DNA of 32,000 nucleotides from Breznakia sp. PF5-3 (GTDB taxonomy: Bacteria > Bacillota_I > Bacilli_A > Erysipelotrichales > Erysipelotrichaceae). The position numbers and the translations under genes were made by a program. Below the pieces are notes generated by a model. That model was not told the DNA's origin. It made no database searches and worked only from the letters and a program-made list of their open reading frames with translations. Position 1 is the stretch's first letter, and every line of letters starts with the position of its first letter. The stretch is taken from positions 36,511 through 68,510 of the forward strand of contig NZ_JAQFIQ010000006.1 in NCBI RefSeq assembly GCF_029504745.1. The letters are read 5' to 3'. This document shows, piece after piece, positions 23,509 to 32,000 of the stretch.

Positions 23509-24708
23509 ATGAAGAAAATTATTAAGATTGTATTATCAACTATTTTATCTTTAAGCATATGTTCTAATTTAATGATTACGGTCCATGCTGATGCAACTTT
23601 GGATCAATATATCGCAGAGCTTATCTATTATCATGCAAATGGGGCAGAAACAGATGAATTACGTATTTTAGATAAAATAAAAGGCATTTCATCAGAAGAA
23701 TATAATAAATGGAGAGATGTTATGGATTATTGGTATTGGATTGAAAGTGATATGGTAGAAAATGTTGGTGTTGCTCCAGATTCACTACCAAATGATTCTA
23801 CACATGCATTTGTAGTTTTAGGTTTTGCTTTAAATAATGATACCGGTCAAATGGAACCAGAACTTATAGGACGTTTAGAAGTAGCAAAAGCTAGTGCTCT
23901 AAAATATCCTAATTCTTATATCCTTGTTACAGGTGGAGTTGAAAAACATGGTAACACGGAAGGCGATCTTATGCACGACTGGCTAGTTGCTGAAGGTATT
24001 GATGATAATCGCATTATCGTTGAAAACCAATCGAGGAATACAGCTGAGAATGCGTTGTTTAGTTTTGATAAACTATATAATAATTACAATGTTAAAACTG
24101 TTTCCATCATTACAAGTCAATACCATTTAAAAAGAGCTAGCATCTTATATTACACACAAGCAATGCAATCAGCAAAAATATATGGAAAAACACCAATTGA
24201 AATAATTGGTAATGGAAATGCTGGTTGGTATCGTAGTGATAAAACAGAAGAACCAATGACTAGTAAAGCTTATAGCTTATCACTAATTGCTGGCGGTGAT
24301 GTGAATGCTAACTTAATGTCATTAATGCAATCACTACCTGCAACATCTATATTACAAAGTATAGCAATTAAAGGCGATAAAGATTACATACTTGGTAGTC
24401 CATTAAATATCAAAGTAACTGCTACATATGATATCGAAAATTACCAACGTGATATTACTTCATTAGCCACAATAACTGGGTATGACCCTAATAAACTAGG
24501 TACACAAACAGTGAGTGCAGAATATATAGAAAACAACGTAACAAAACGTGCAACTTTTAATGTAAAAGTTAAAGCGAAAGCGACAACAACAGTTAATGCG
24601 AAAGCACCAGCTACTGGCGATACAACAAACTATGCGCCACTAACTGCACTATTTACATTATCACTTATTAGCATTGTAGCAATTTTAAAACGTCGTCAAA
24701 ATATATAA
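23509..24708 (+). CDS. Secreted DUF218-domain protein with an Ig-like domain and an LPXTG-like cell-wall sorting signal
   Basis: Signal peptide MKKIIKIVLSTILSLSICSNLMITVHA. DUF218 blocks FVVLGFAL, VTGGVEK, ENQSRNTAENA and ITSQYHLKRA. A Big-like segment ends (...GTQTVSAEYIENNVTKRATFNVKV). The C-terminus is APATGD followed by a hydrophobic stretch and KRRQNI. Confidence 0.7.
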   Translation: MKKIIKIVLSTILSLSICSNLMITVHADATLDQYIAELIYYHANGAETDELRILDKIKGISSEEYNKWRDVMDYWYWIESDMVENVGVAPDSLPNDSTHAFVVLGFALNNDTGQMEPELIGRLEVAKASALKYPNSYILVTGGVEKHGNTEGDLMHDWLVAEGIDDNRIIVENQSRNTAENALFSFDKLYNNYNVKTVSIITSQYHLKRASILYYTQAMQSAKIYGKTPIEIIGNGNAGWYRSDKTEEPMTSKAYSLSLIAGGDVNANLMSLMQSLPATSILQSIAIKGDKDYILGSPLNIKVTATYDIENYQRDITSLATITGYDPNKLGTQTVSAEYIENNVTKRATFNVKVKAKATTTVNAKAPATGDTTNYAPLTALFTLSLISIVAILKRRQNI

Positions 24709-24742
24709 TATAAAAAGCAGCTAGTTGGAATAAAATTCCAAA

Positions 24743-25738
24743 CTAACTGCTTTTTTTCATTCTCACATCTTCTTTAAACATATTCCTTGAAGGATTCCCC
24801 TCACAACGATAGTGTTTACCATTTTTCAAATCATATACAGAAGCCCAGATTGTATCAAATATATCAGGAGTTTCATATTGACACATAAATCCATACTTCC
24901 CCGCCAACAAATCTTGAACAAACGATAAAGAATATGTATGTTTTGCCAATGCATTCATTGCAACAGAATACCGTTCTTGTGAATGAATCGTATCAGGAAC
25001 ATCACTCACTTTGTATTTCTTCATTGTAGGCGTTTTAAAATCATTTGTTGATACAACAAAATTATCATCATAGCCTCTAAATACCACTTCCTTTGCATTG
25101 CACTCTGCTACTACCATATCCCCACTTGCATCCGCAATCAACAAACTATGTGAAGAGGAATGTGGAACTTGCTTAAGGAGTTCTATTGCTTCTTTTGTAG
25201 TCTTGCATTTTTCTAAAATCATTCTTACTAAGATTCCTGCATTTAATCCTGGAGCTATCACCTTAGGAACAATAAAATTCAACCCCACTGCCAATCCATG
25301 TTCATTTACTCCATCTTCCATTTGAACAAATGCTGTTGTATTCCCAATAAATGAATAAGCATTATCCAATCGATAATATGCACTAATTGTTAAATCTTTA
25401 ACAACACTCATAAAATCACTATTGCGTGCAAAGAAGATATGATCATCATCTTTACAAGCTATACATGTACACCAATTATCTTGAGTGTAACAATAAATAC
25501 AAAAAAGCCATGCCGCTAGTTTTTCAAAACTCATTTCTAAGCCATCCGCAATTCCTTGCATTTCTTCTAAAATTGCTGGATACCACTTCTTACATACTTC
25601 TATACATTGTATACCAAACTTCAATTGCTCTTCAGGTTGTTTAGCAAATTTGAAAACATCTACACCATTCTTTTTCATCATCGAACCAAACTTAAAACCT
25701 GCTTCATAATAACTACCTTTAAATCTTGGATGATACAT
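24743..25738 (-). CDS. C45 family peptidase / acyl-CoA:6-APA acyltransferase-like Ntn hydrolase
   Basis: 331 aa. The N-terminus (YYEAGFKFG), the internal Cys-containing WCTCIA...ARNSDF block and GLAVGLNF are reminiscent of the C45/AAT family. Recognition is moderate. Confidence 0.6.
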   Translation of the reverse strand: MYHPRFKGSYYEAGFKFGSMMKKNGVDVFKFAKQPEEQLKFGIQCIEVCKKWYPAILEEMQGIADGLEMSFEKLAAWLFCIYCYTQDNWCTCIACKDDDHIFFARNSDFMSVVKDLTISAYYRLDNAYSFIGNTTAFVQMEDGVNEHGLAVGLNFIVPKVIAPGLNAGILVRMILEKCKTTKEAIELLKQVPHSSSHSLLIADASGDMVVAECNAKEVVFRGYDDNFVVSTNDFKTPTMKKYKVSDVPDTIHSQERYSVAMNALAKHTYSLSFVQDLLAGKYGFMCQYETPDIFDTIWASVYDLKNGKHYRCEGNPSRNMFKEDVRMKKSS

Positions 25739-25900
25739 AATTCACTTCCTTTCCAATTCAAATTAACACAATAAAAATTTTAAGTAAACAACTATATTTA
25801 ATTAATTAAAATGAAAAAATAATCATTTAATTTTTCATTTTAATGAAACAAAAAAAAGAAATGTTCTTCGTCTTTTGTAAACGTTTTGAACCATTTCTTT

Positions 25901-26347
25901 TTATGCTTCTTTAGGGATTGGTTTTTTGATGAGTTTTGCAAAAGTTGACACAAATAATATACCTAATGCTAAAAGTCCTGCACTGCTTAACGTATCCAAT
26001 CCAATATCTAAGGCAGCCTGTAAATCATCATTTACTATGGATAACATTGTCAAGTACATTCCATTTCCAGGAACAAGTGGAATTAAGGCACTTAATGCAA
26101 ACGTAGTCACGGTTGTCTTACGAATTCGAGCAATTACTTCTGAATAAGACGCAAATGCTATCGCTGCCATAAATATAGATAGATTATTCCCCCAGCCTAT
26201 CATCGTTATGACTTCAAACACAAAACATCCAATCGCTCCACCAAAACCTGCAAAAATGAGATTGTCCTTTTTCACATTGAATAAAACGCCAAAAAACAAA
26301 GATGCCATGAAGGCGCAGATTACTTTCCCAATCATCCTACACACCAC
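25901..26347 (-). CDS. Threonine/serine exporter family protein, small subunit (DUF3815-type)
   Basis: 148 aa with 4-5 TM segments. It is adjacent to the ThrE-like large subunit and overlaps it. The start could be the internal ATG at 26335 rather than the GTG at 26347. Confidence 0.7.
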   Translation of the reverse strand: MVCRMIGKVICAFMASLFFGVLFNVKKDNLIFAGFGGAIGCFVFEVITMIGWGNNLSIFMAAIAFASYSEVIARIRKTTVTTFALSALIPLVPGNGMYLTMLSIVNDDLQAALDIGLDTLSSAGLLALGILFVSTFAKLIKKPIPKEA

Positions 26348-27104
26348 CTCCGATATACAACATCCATAAACTCAATACAACACCAGCTCCTAACGCCAAA
26401 GCAATTGCTATTAGGAAGGCTTCAATCGCTCTGGTAGCTCCTGACAGTAAATCACCAGAAATAGAATCTCTAACAGCATTGGTAATAGCAACGCCTGGAA
26501 CTAGTAACATTAAACTACCAATAATAACTTTATCTTTTGAATCAACAAGTCCTATATATGTCATAATTAGTGTTAAACAAGTAAGCATCGCTGATAATAT
26601 CATTATCTTTACAATTGCATTAATGTTTTTACGTTCCATAGATGCTCCTATATACTGAACACTTACACCAATCAAAAAAGCGCTACAACCATCAAAAAAG
26701 CTACCACCAAAAAACAAGGTAAAAAACAAGGCTGCAAAGCCAGAAGCTATTAATTTTATATTTGATGAATATCCTTGATATTGAGCAATTATTTTCAGCT
26801 TATCATAAGCTTCTATCTCATTGATAAGTTTTTCATTACATTTTCGAGATACATCATTCACTGAATTGATTTTCTCCAAATTAATGCCACTTCCTTTAAT
26901 TCGTAATACTTTTGAATATGTTTCATCCTCATAATCAAAAGAAACGAATAATCCTGTAGGTGTTGCAAAGGCATTCGCATCAACAACAAGAAAAGCCTCG
27001 CAAATACGAGTAACTGTTTCTTCTACACGAATTGTTTCAGCACCACTCTCCAACAATATTTTACCTGCTAAGGTGCCTGCTTTTAATACAACATCTGGTT
27101 TCAT
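26337..27104 (-). CDS. Threonine/serine exporter family protein (ThrE/DUF1212-type)
   Basis: 255 aa. N-terminus AGKILLESGAETIRVEETV and C-terminus LLVPGVAITNAVRDSISGDLLSG are typical ThrE family blocks. Confidence 0.8.
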   Translation of the reverse strand: MKPDVVLKAGTLAGKILLESGAETIRVEETVTRICEAFLVVDANAFATPTGLFVSFDYEDETYSKVLRIKGSGINLEKINSVNDVSRKCNEKLINEIEAYDKLKIIAQYQGYSSNIKLIASGFAALFFTLFFGGSFFDGCSAFLIGVSVQYIGASMERKNINAIVKIMILSAMLTCLTLIMTYIGLVDSKDKVIIGSLMLLVPGVAITNAVRDSISGDLLSGATRAIEAFLIAIALALGAGVVLSLWMLYIGGGV

Positions 27105-27122
27105 AACTACCTCTATAATCTA

Positions 27123-28976
27123 TTACTTTCGTTTTTGTCGTCTATAATCATTACCAAACCTTTTATTACCACGTTCATAATGATGAGAGCGATCTTTAAT
27201 TAAACACTTCTTTCCTTGTCCAATCAAATCATCTCGCTTAGCAAGTGTTAACGCTTCATAAACCAAATCATAATTTTTAGGATTACGATATTGAATCAAT
27301 GCTCGTTGCATTGCTTTTTCTTTGGATGTCTTTGGGACATAAACAGACTTTTTATCTCTAGGATCTATTCCTGTATAATACATAGCAGTTGATAATGTTC
27401 CAGGTGTAGGATAAAAATCCTGTACCTGCTCTGGTTGATGATAAATATCTCTTAAGTATTCTGCCAATTCAATTGCCGCATGTAAATCACTCCCTGGATG
27501 AGATGACATAAGATACGGTACTAAATATTGATTCTTATGATATTCATCATTTAAGCGATAATACTTTGAAACAAATTCTTGATATAACTCTTTATGGGGT
27601 TTTCCCATCTTATCTAATACTTTATTACTTATATGTTCAGGTGCTACTTTCAATTGCCCACTAATATGGTGTTGAGCAAGTTCCCTAAAAAAGCGATCAT
27701 CTCTATCATACATCAGATAATCATAGCGTATTCCACTGCGTACAAAAACTTTCTTCACATTTGGTAATTCCCTAAGCTTTTGCAAGAGCTGTAAATAATC
27801 TTTATGTGACACTTTCAAATTATTACAAGGTTTAGGCCATAAACATTGTTTTTCTTTACAAACCCCATGTTCAATCTGTTGCTCACAAGAAGGCTCTCTA
27901 AAGTTTGCTGTAGGCCCTCCTACATCATGAATATATCCTTTAAACTCTGGATCCCAAACCATTTTTTTAGCTTCTGCTACAATTGATTCATGTGATCTTG
28001 CTTGAATTACTCTTCCTTGATGAAATGTCAATGCACAAAAATTACATGCTCCATAACATCCACGATTTGAAATCAAAGAAAACTTAACTTCATCGATTGC
28101 TGGAACATGACCGATAGCTTTATACATAGGATGATAATTACGCGTATATGGAAGTGCGTAAGCCCGATCAAATTCATTTTGTGTAAGTGGACGATTAGGA
28201 CGATTTTGTACAACATACCACCCTTGATATGCCTCCACTAATGTTTTTGCTTTAACATGATCCGTATTTAAGTATTGAGTGTGAAATGATTTTGCATACA
28301 TTTCTTTTGATCGTACAATTTCCTCATAAGTTGGTAAGAAAACAGGTTCAAAAGCCAATGAAGGATCTTTCGTTTTAAATACTGTTCCATCTAAATATGT
28401 TAAATCTTTGATATCAATTCCACTATTTAATGCATCTGCAACTTCAATAACACTGTTTTCTCCCATTCCATACATCAACAAATCTGCATTGGCATCAATA
28501 ACAATTGATTTTCTAACTTTATTATCCCAATAATCATAATGAGCAAGTCTTCTTAAACTCGCTTCAATTCCTCCAAGGATAATATTCGCATCCGGATATG
28601 CCTGTCGTGCCATCTGCGAATATACAATTACTGCTCGATCAGGTCGCTTTCCACTCTCTCCATTTGGTGTATAACTATCCTTTTTTCGCTTGCGTTTACT
28701 CACTGTATAATGATTTACCATAGAATCAATATTTCCTGAAGAAATCATAAATCCTAATCTAGGTTTTCCAAAACGTTGAAAATCTTTCACATCCCGCCAA
28801 TTTGGTTGTGCTAAAAAGCAAACTTTATAGCCATGACTTTCCAACGTTCGACAGATAATAGCTGCACCAAAAGAAGGATGATCAACATAAGCATCCCCAC
28901 ACACATATACAAAATCGGGTTGTTCCCAACCACGTTCTAACATTTCTTCTTTTGTAACCGGTAAAAATTCATTCAT
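27123..28976 (-). CDS. YgiQ family radical SAM protein (UPF0313)
   Basis: 617 aa. N-terminus [34 protein letters not shown], radical SAM cluster motif CYGACNFC, basic C-terminal tail. All are hallmarks of YgiQ. Confidence 0.88.
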   Translation of the reverse strand: MNEFLPVTKEEMLERGWEQPDFVYVCGDAYVDHPSFGAAIICRTLESHGYKVCFLAQPNWRDVKDFQRFGKPRLGFMISSGNIDSMVNHYTVSKRKRKKDSYTPNGESGKRPDRAVIVYSQMARQAYPDANIILGGIEASLRRLAHYDYWDNKVRKSIVIDANADLLMYGMGENSVIEVADALNSGIDIKDLTYLDGTVFKTKDPSLAFEPVFLPTYEEIVRSKEMYAKSFHTQYLNTDHVKAKTLVEAYQGWYVVQNRPNRPLTQNEFDRAYALPYTRNYHPMYKAIGHVPAIDEVKFSLISNRGCYGACNFCALTFHQGRVIQARSHESIVAEAKKMVWDPEFKGYIHDVGGPTANFREPSCEQQIEHGVCKEKQCLWPKPCNNLKVSHKDYLQLLQKLRELPNVKKVFVRSGIRYDYLMYDRDDRFFRELAQHHISGQLKVAPEHISNKVLDKMGKPHKELYQEFVSKYYRLNDEYHKNQYLVPYLMSSHPGSDLHAAIELAEYLRDIYHQPEQVQDFYPTPGTLSTAMYYTGIDPRDKKSVYVPKTSKEKAMQRALIQYRNPKNYDLVYEALTLAKRDDLIGQGKKCLIKDRSHHYERGNKRFGNDYRRQKRK

Positions 28977-29049
28977 ATCACTACCACCTGCTTTATTTCC
29001 ATACTACATTATACTATAAATTTATGTGCTTTTTTATTATTTATAAATA

Positions 29050-29078
29050 AAAATAAAAAAACCTGTTTTCACAGGCTC
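29050..29078 (-). terminator. Rho-independent terminator after the NagB-like pair
   Basis: Hairpin CCTGT-TTTC-ACAGG (29062-29075) followed on the minus strand by a T-run (plus-strand A-run 29052-29061). Confidence 0.65.
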
Positions 29079-29079
29079 T

Positions 29080-29808
29080 TTAGTATAAATCTTTAATTTC
29101 ACTTGCTGCTTCTTCATCCAATACAAGTGTAAAATTCGGGTGTAATTGAAAAATTGATGATGGTACATTTTCGCTTACTGGTTCAAAGAAAGCTTTTTTA
29201 ATAATAGCTGCTTTCCCTTTCCCACTAGCAAACATCACTGGTGCTTTAACATCCATTACACTTCTTGGACCCATTGTCACATAGAAAGTTGGTACCTCTT
29301 CATCTTTTCCACCTACTTCACCTTTGATGATATCATACATCTCAGGATAAACATCAATAGCTACCGAAGATGTTCGATCACCAAATTTCGTTGTTCCTGG
29401 TAAATTCCCACAGAAATGACCATCTGCTCCAATTCCCATGAAAAAAGCATCTAAGCCTCCTACATTGGCTAAGTAATCATCATGTGATTTATAATTGTTT
29501 TCATCTAACACATGTACTTGATCCATTGAAATACCTGCAGGATCAAAATACATTTTCTTTAGATTCTCAATCGTTACACCATATCCTCCACGTTTTGCAT
29601 ATGGAATTTCGTCAAAATTATAATATGTTACATTATCAAACGCTTTTTTATTACGGATTTCTTCGCTTAATAACTCATATAGACGCTTTGGTGTCGAACC
29701 TGCAGTAATGGCAAGATGTACAGCTTTATCTTTATACATCTCTGCTAGTAATAAATGCATTACCGTTTTACTCATTTGCTCATAATCTTTTTCAATAATA
29801 ATTCTCAT
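29080..29808 (-). CDS. Glucosamine-6-phosphate deaminase/isomerase (NagB) family protein, paralog 1
   Basis: 242 aa. AITAGSTPKR, YYNFDEIP, MGIGADGHFCGN and QLHPNFTLVLDE align with NagB blocks (LPTGGTP, FNMDEY, GGVGNDGHIAFNEP, LQLHPKA). Confidence 0.75.
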   Translation of the reverse strand: MRIIIEKDYEQMSKTVMHLLLAEMYKDKAVHLAITAGSTPKRLYELLSEEIRNKKAFDNVTYYNFDEIPYAKRGGYGVTIENLKKMYFDPAGISMDQVHVLDENNYKSHDDYLANVGGLDAFFMGIGADGHFCGNLPGTTKFGDRTSSVAIDVYPEMYDIIKGEVGGKDEEVPTFYVTMGPRSVMDVKAPVMFASGKGKAAIIKKAFFEPVSENVPSSIFQLHPNFTLVLDEEAASEIKDLY

Positions 29809-29817
29809 AAAAACCTC

Positions 29818-30540
29818 CTATACTAAATCTTTAATTTCACTTGCTGCTTCTTCATCCAATACAAGTGTAAAATTCGGGTGCAATTGGAAAATTGATGATG
29901 GTACATTTTCGCTTACTGGTTCAAAGAACGCCTTTTTGATAATAGCTGCTTTTCCCTTTCCATTAGCAAACATCACTGGCGCCTTTGAAGACATTACACT
30001 TCTTGGTCCCATCGTTACAAACGAATCTGGAACTTCATCAATATCTCCTCCTACTTCACCAACCAATGCTTGTTTCATATCAGCAGGAATCTCTATTTCA
30101 ACCGTTTTATTCTCAAACTTTGTGAAACCTGGCATATTCCCACAGAAATGTCCATCTGCTCCAATACCCATAAAAATAGCATCTAAGCCTCCAATAGCTT
30201 CTAAATGATCATCATGTTGCTCATAATTGCTTAAATCTAACACATGCACCTGATCCATTGAAATACCTGCTGGATCAAAATATGCTTTCTTCAAATTTGA
30301 TATTGTTACACCATAACCACCACTTTTCTTAAATGGAATTTCATCAAAATTATAGTATGTTACATTATCAAACGCTTTCTTATTACAAATTTCTTCACTT
30401 AACAATTCATACATACGTTTTGGTGTTGAGCCTGCCGTAATTGCAAGATGTACAGCTTTATCTTTATACATCTCTGCTAGTAATAAATGCATTACTGTTT
30501 TACTCATTTGTTCATAATCTTTTTCAATAATTATCCTCAT
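29818..30540 (-). CDS. Glucosamine-6-phosphate deaminase/isomerase (NagB) family protein, paralog 2 (tandem duplicate)
   Basis: 240 aa with the same family blocks. The N-terminal ~65 aa and C-terminal ~50 aa are almost identical to paralog 1, while the middle is divergent. Confidence 0.75.
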   Translation of the reverse strand: MRIIIEKDYEQMSKTVMHLLLAEMYKDKAVHLAITAGSTPKRMYELLSEEICNKKAFDNVTYYNFDEIPFKKSGGYGVTISNLKKAYFDPAGISMDQVHVLDLSNYEQHDDHLEAIGGLDAIFMGIGADGHFCGNMPGFTKFENKTVEIEIPADMKQALVGEVGGDIDEVPDSFVTMGPRSVMSSKAPVMFANGKGKAAIIKKAFFEPVSENVPSSIFQLHPNFTLVLDEEAASEIKDLV

Positions 30541-30562
30541 AAAAACCTCCTATTATTTTTTT

Positions 30563-30593
30563 ATTATAAACTCTATAGTCACTATAGAGTCAA
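30563..30593 (-). promoter_or_regulatory. MerR-type promoter (TTGACT-N19-TATAAT) with a perfect 10-1-10 dyad operator in the spacer
   Basis: Minus strand TTGACT (complement of 30588-30593), a 19 nt spacer, TATAAT (complement of 30563-30568). The dyad is ACTCTATAGT-C-ACTATAGAGT at 30570-30590. GGAGG and the ATG of paralog 2 follow. Confidence 0.7.
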
Positions 30594-30629
30594 ATAAAAT
30601 TTGTAGTATAATAGAACTGAGGTGAATAC

Positions 30630-31406
30630 ATGAAAAATCTTATTTCTATTGGTGAAATGGCAAAACTCAATAATCTAACCATTCAACGACTTCGCTATTA
30701 TGATAACATTGGTCTCTTTTCACCTGTTTATATCGATGAAACAAGTAAATATCGCTATTATGAAAAATCTCAATCAAGGCTTCTTGAAAAGATTCAATCT
30801 TTACAATATATAGGATTTTCCCTTCATGAAATTAAACTTTTACTTCAAGATAACAATCAAAACTTTGAAACTTTATTAGATAAAAAAATGATGATTTTAG
30901 ATGAAAAAGAAAGAAAAATACACCGTAAAAAAGATATTTTAAACAATTATAAACGTGGATTAAATCATATTCCTGTAGCTGATGAAATCAACATTTGTGC
31001 ATATAATAGTTTTTTTATGGTAACAATCCCTTCAAAGATTCACAATTTTATATCTTTAAATGACGATGAATTTTTAATCCGACTAACTGATATAAAAAAA
31101 GTCACTGACAACTATAAGTTATCTCGTGGCTTTATCCCCTATATCTATCTTCCAACAGCAAATCTTACACAACAATCTTTAATCTTCAAAACAACTGATC
31201 AAATAAAGCAAAATAACAAAAAAGAAATTCCTGCCAGTCAATATTATTGTATATATACAACCTGTGATAATATCAATGTTGCGATTGAGGAATTATCTAA
31301 AAAAGCTGGCACACAAGGACTAGACTTCTTTATTGAACCATTATCAGAATTAAATAATGATCACAAACAAAAGTATGCTATTTATCATCGTTTAAAAAAA
31401 GAGTAG
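30630..31406 (+). CDS. MerR family transcriptional regulator with a C-terminal effector domain
   Basis: HTH ISIGEMAKLNNLTIQRLRYYDNIGLFSP...YRYY. It is divergent from the NagB-like pair and shares the dyad operator. Confidence 0.85.
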   Translation: MKNLISIGEMAKLNNLTIQRLRYYDNIGLFSPVYIDETSKYRYYEKSQSRLLEKIQSLQYIGFSLHEIKLLLQDNNQNFETLLDKKMMILDEKERKIHRKKDILNNYKRGLNHIPVADEINICAYNSFFMVTIPSKIHNFISLNDDEFLIRLTDIKKVTDNYKLSRGFIPYIYLPTANLTQQSLIFKTTDQIKQNNKKEIPASQYYCIYTTCDNINVAIEELSKKAGTQGLDFFIEPLSELNNDHKQKYAIYHRLKKE

Positions 31407-31420
31407 TCAAGTGACTACTC
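31401..31420. terminator. Bidirectional hairpin between convergent genes
   Basis: GAGTAGTC-AAGT-GACTACTC is flanked by an A-run (31394-31400) and TTT. It overlaps both stop codons. Confidence 0.5.
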
Positions 31421-31702
31421 TTTGATATATTCATTAAGCAATTGAATTGCACCAATCCCCACTGCTGTTGCCCCAATTAAGAAACTAGTTTTCGCTAAAA
31501 TAGGATGCTTTTTTCGCAGTGGTACATAGGTTGCCATAAGACTAGCACCCACAGCCATGGTTCCAATTTTTACCAAAGTTTCCTTATTTGTATCTTCGAC
31601 ACTTGTGATTACTGTGTCTACTTTATCCGCAGCTTTTTCTACTGCGTTTTCTAATCTTTCAACCTTTTCTTCTAGTAATTCATTAAAGTCTTTTTCACTC
31701 AT
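31415..31702 (-). CDS. Hypothetical small protein with a helical N-terminus and a C-terminal membrane segment
   Basis: 95 aa. The N-terminal half is charged and coiled-coil-like. The C-terminal half is Gly/Ala-rich and hydrophobic. RBS AAGGAGG. I recognise no family. Confidence 0.5.
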   Translation of the reverse strand: MSEKDFNELLEEKVERLENAVEKAADKVDTVITSVEDTNKETLVKIGTMAVGASLMATYVPLRKKHPILAKTSFLIGATAVGIGAIQLLNEYIKE

Positions 31703-31816
31703 AAGTCAATTCCTCCTTAGCGTCTTATCTTCCTAAGTCCAATGTACCATATTGAACTTATAAGGTCAAAGTATTAAAATCAAAATTTAACTAAAAAAAG
31801 ACCTACTATTTTGATG

Positions 31817-32000
31817 TGAACCCATAAAGTTGGACACGTTATTATTTAAGCGCTTAAACTTGAGGATTGTTCTCTGTATGCTACAGGGGATAATCCTTTT
31901 AGTTTGTGCTTACCTCTTTTGTTGTTGTAAAAATCTATATAGCCACGAATCGCTTCCTCTAGCGATTTTTTTGTTTTAAACGTATACTCGTCACCAATAT
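31817..32000 (-). mobile_element. End of an IS3-family insertion sequence (continues beyond the window)
   Basis: A terminal inverted-repeat-like end, TGAACCCATAAAGTTGGACACG, starts at 31817 (IS3-type TG... terminus). The 3' end of the transposase gene follows. Confidence 0.7.
31846..32000 (-). CDS. IS3 family transposase (OrfB/rve integrase core), C-terminal 50 codons only
   Basis: Hand translation gives ...IGDEYTFKTKKSLEEAIRGYIDFYNNKRGKHKLKGLSPVAYREQSSSLSA, then a stop. This is the typical IS3/IS150 transposase C-terminus (YIxFYNxxRxHxxLxxxSPxxYR). Confidence 0.8.
   Translation of the reverse strand, partial: IGDEYTFKTKKSLEEAIRGYIDFYNNKRGKHKLKGLSPVAYREQSSSLSA

Noticed and set aside
25830-25868. 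13 bp perfect inverted repeat TTAAAATGAAAAA...TTTTTCATTTTAA in the intergenic region between the C45 peptidase gene and the ThrE small-subunit gene
   Set aside because: It is pure A/T, low-complexity sequence. It could be an operator or a weak terminator, but nothing distinguishes it from chance symmetry in AT-rich DNA, so I do not annotate it.

Overview
This is a 32 kb chromosomal window from a low-GC (roughly 30%) Gram-positive bacterium. It looks like a Bacillota gut anaerobe, possibly Erysipelotrichales- or Clostridia-like, but the taxon is inferred only from codon usage, GGAGG ribosome-binding sites and CCA-encoded tRNAs. Most genes lie on the minus strand. Ordinary content: KdgT-like permease (partial), hflX, two MerR-family regulators, an aldose epimerase, an AI-2E transporter / thioredoxin-like lipoprotein / thermonuclease operon, alr, a six-tRNA operon (Val-Thr-Tyr-Gln-Lys-Gly), a DUF134 + NifX-like operon, a TrxB-like / 4Fe-4S membrane protein / ferredoxin cluster, a cst-like persulfide operon (rhodanese, CsoR/CstR-like repressor, CoADR-rhodanese fusion), a LysR + YeiH pair, two DUF218 proteins, a GNAT, a Trp T-box leader in front of a lone trpB, a C45 peptidase, a ThrE pair, YgiQ radical SAM, two tandem NagB-like paralogs and the end of an IS3-family element. 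The most interesting region is a ~3.2 kb insertion (about 10082-13308) just downstream of the tRNA operon. It is bracketed by ~185 bp direct repeats that duplicate the 3' end of the NifX-like gene. It carries what reads as an orphan type VII secretion LXG polymorphic toxin cassette. On the minus strand the order is: a small helical-protein gene broken by an in-frame TAA, a 115 aa small protein, a 462 aa LXG protein with a GH19/lysozyme-like C-terminal domain, and a lipoprotein whose motifs resemble the DUF4163/DUF3298 (RsiV-like, lysozyme-binding) fold, which is a candidate immunity protein. All family calls rest on motif recognition by eye. No database search, HMM or RNA folding was run.
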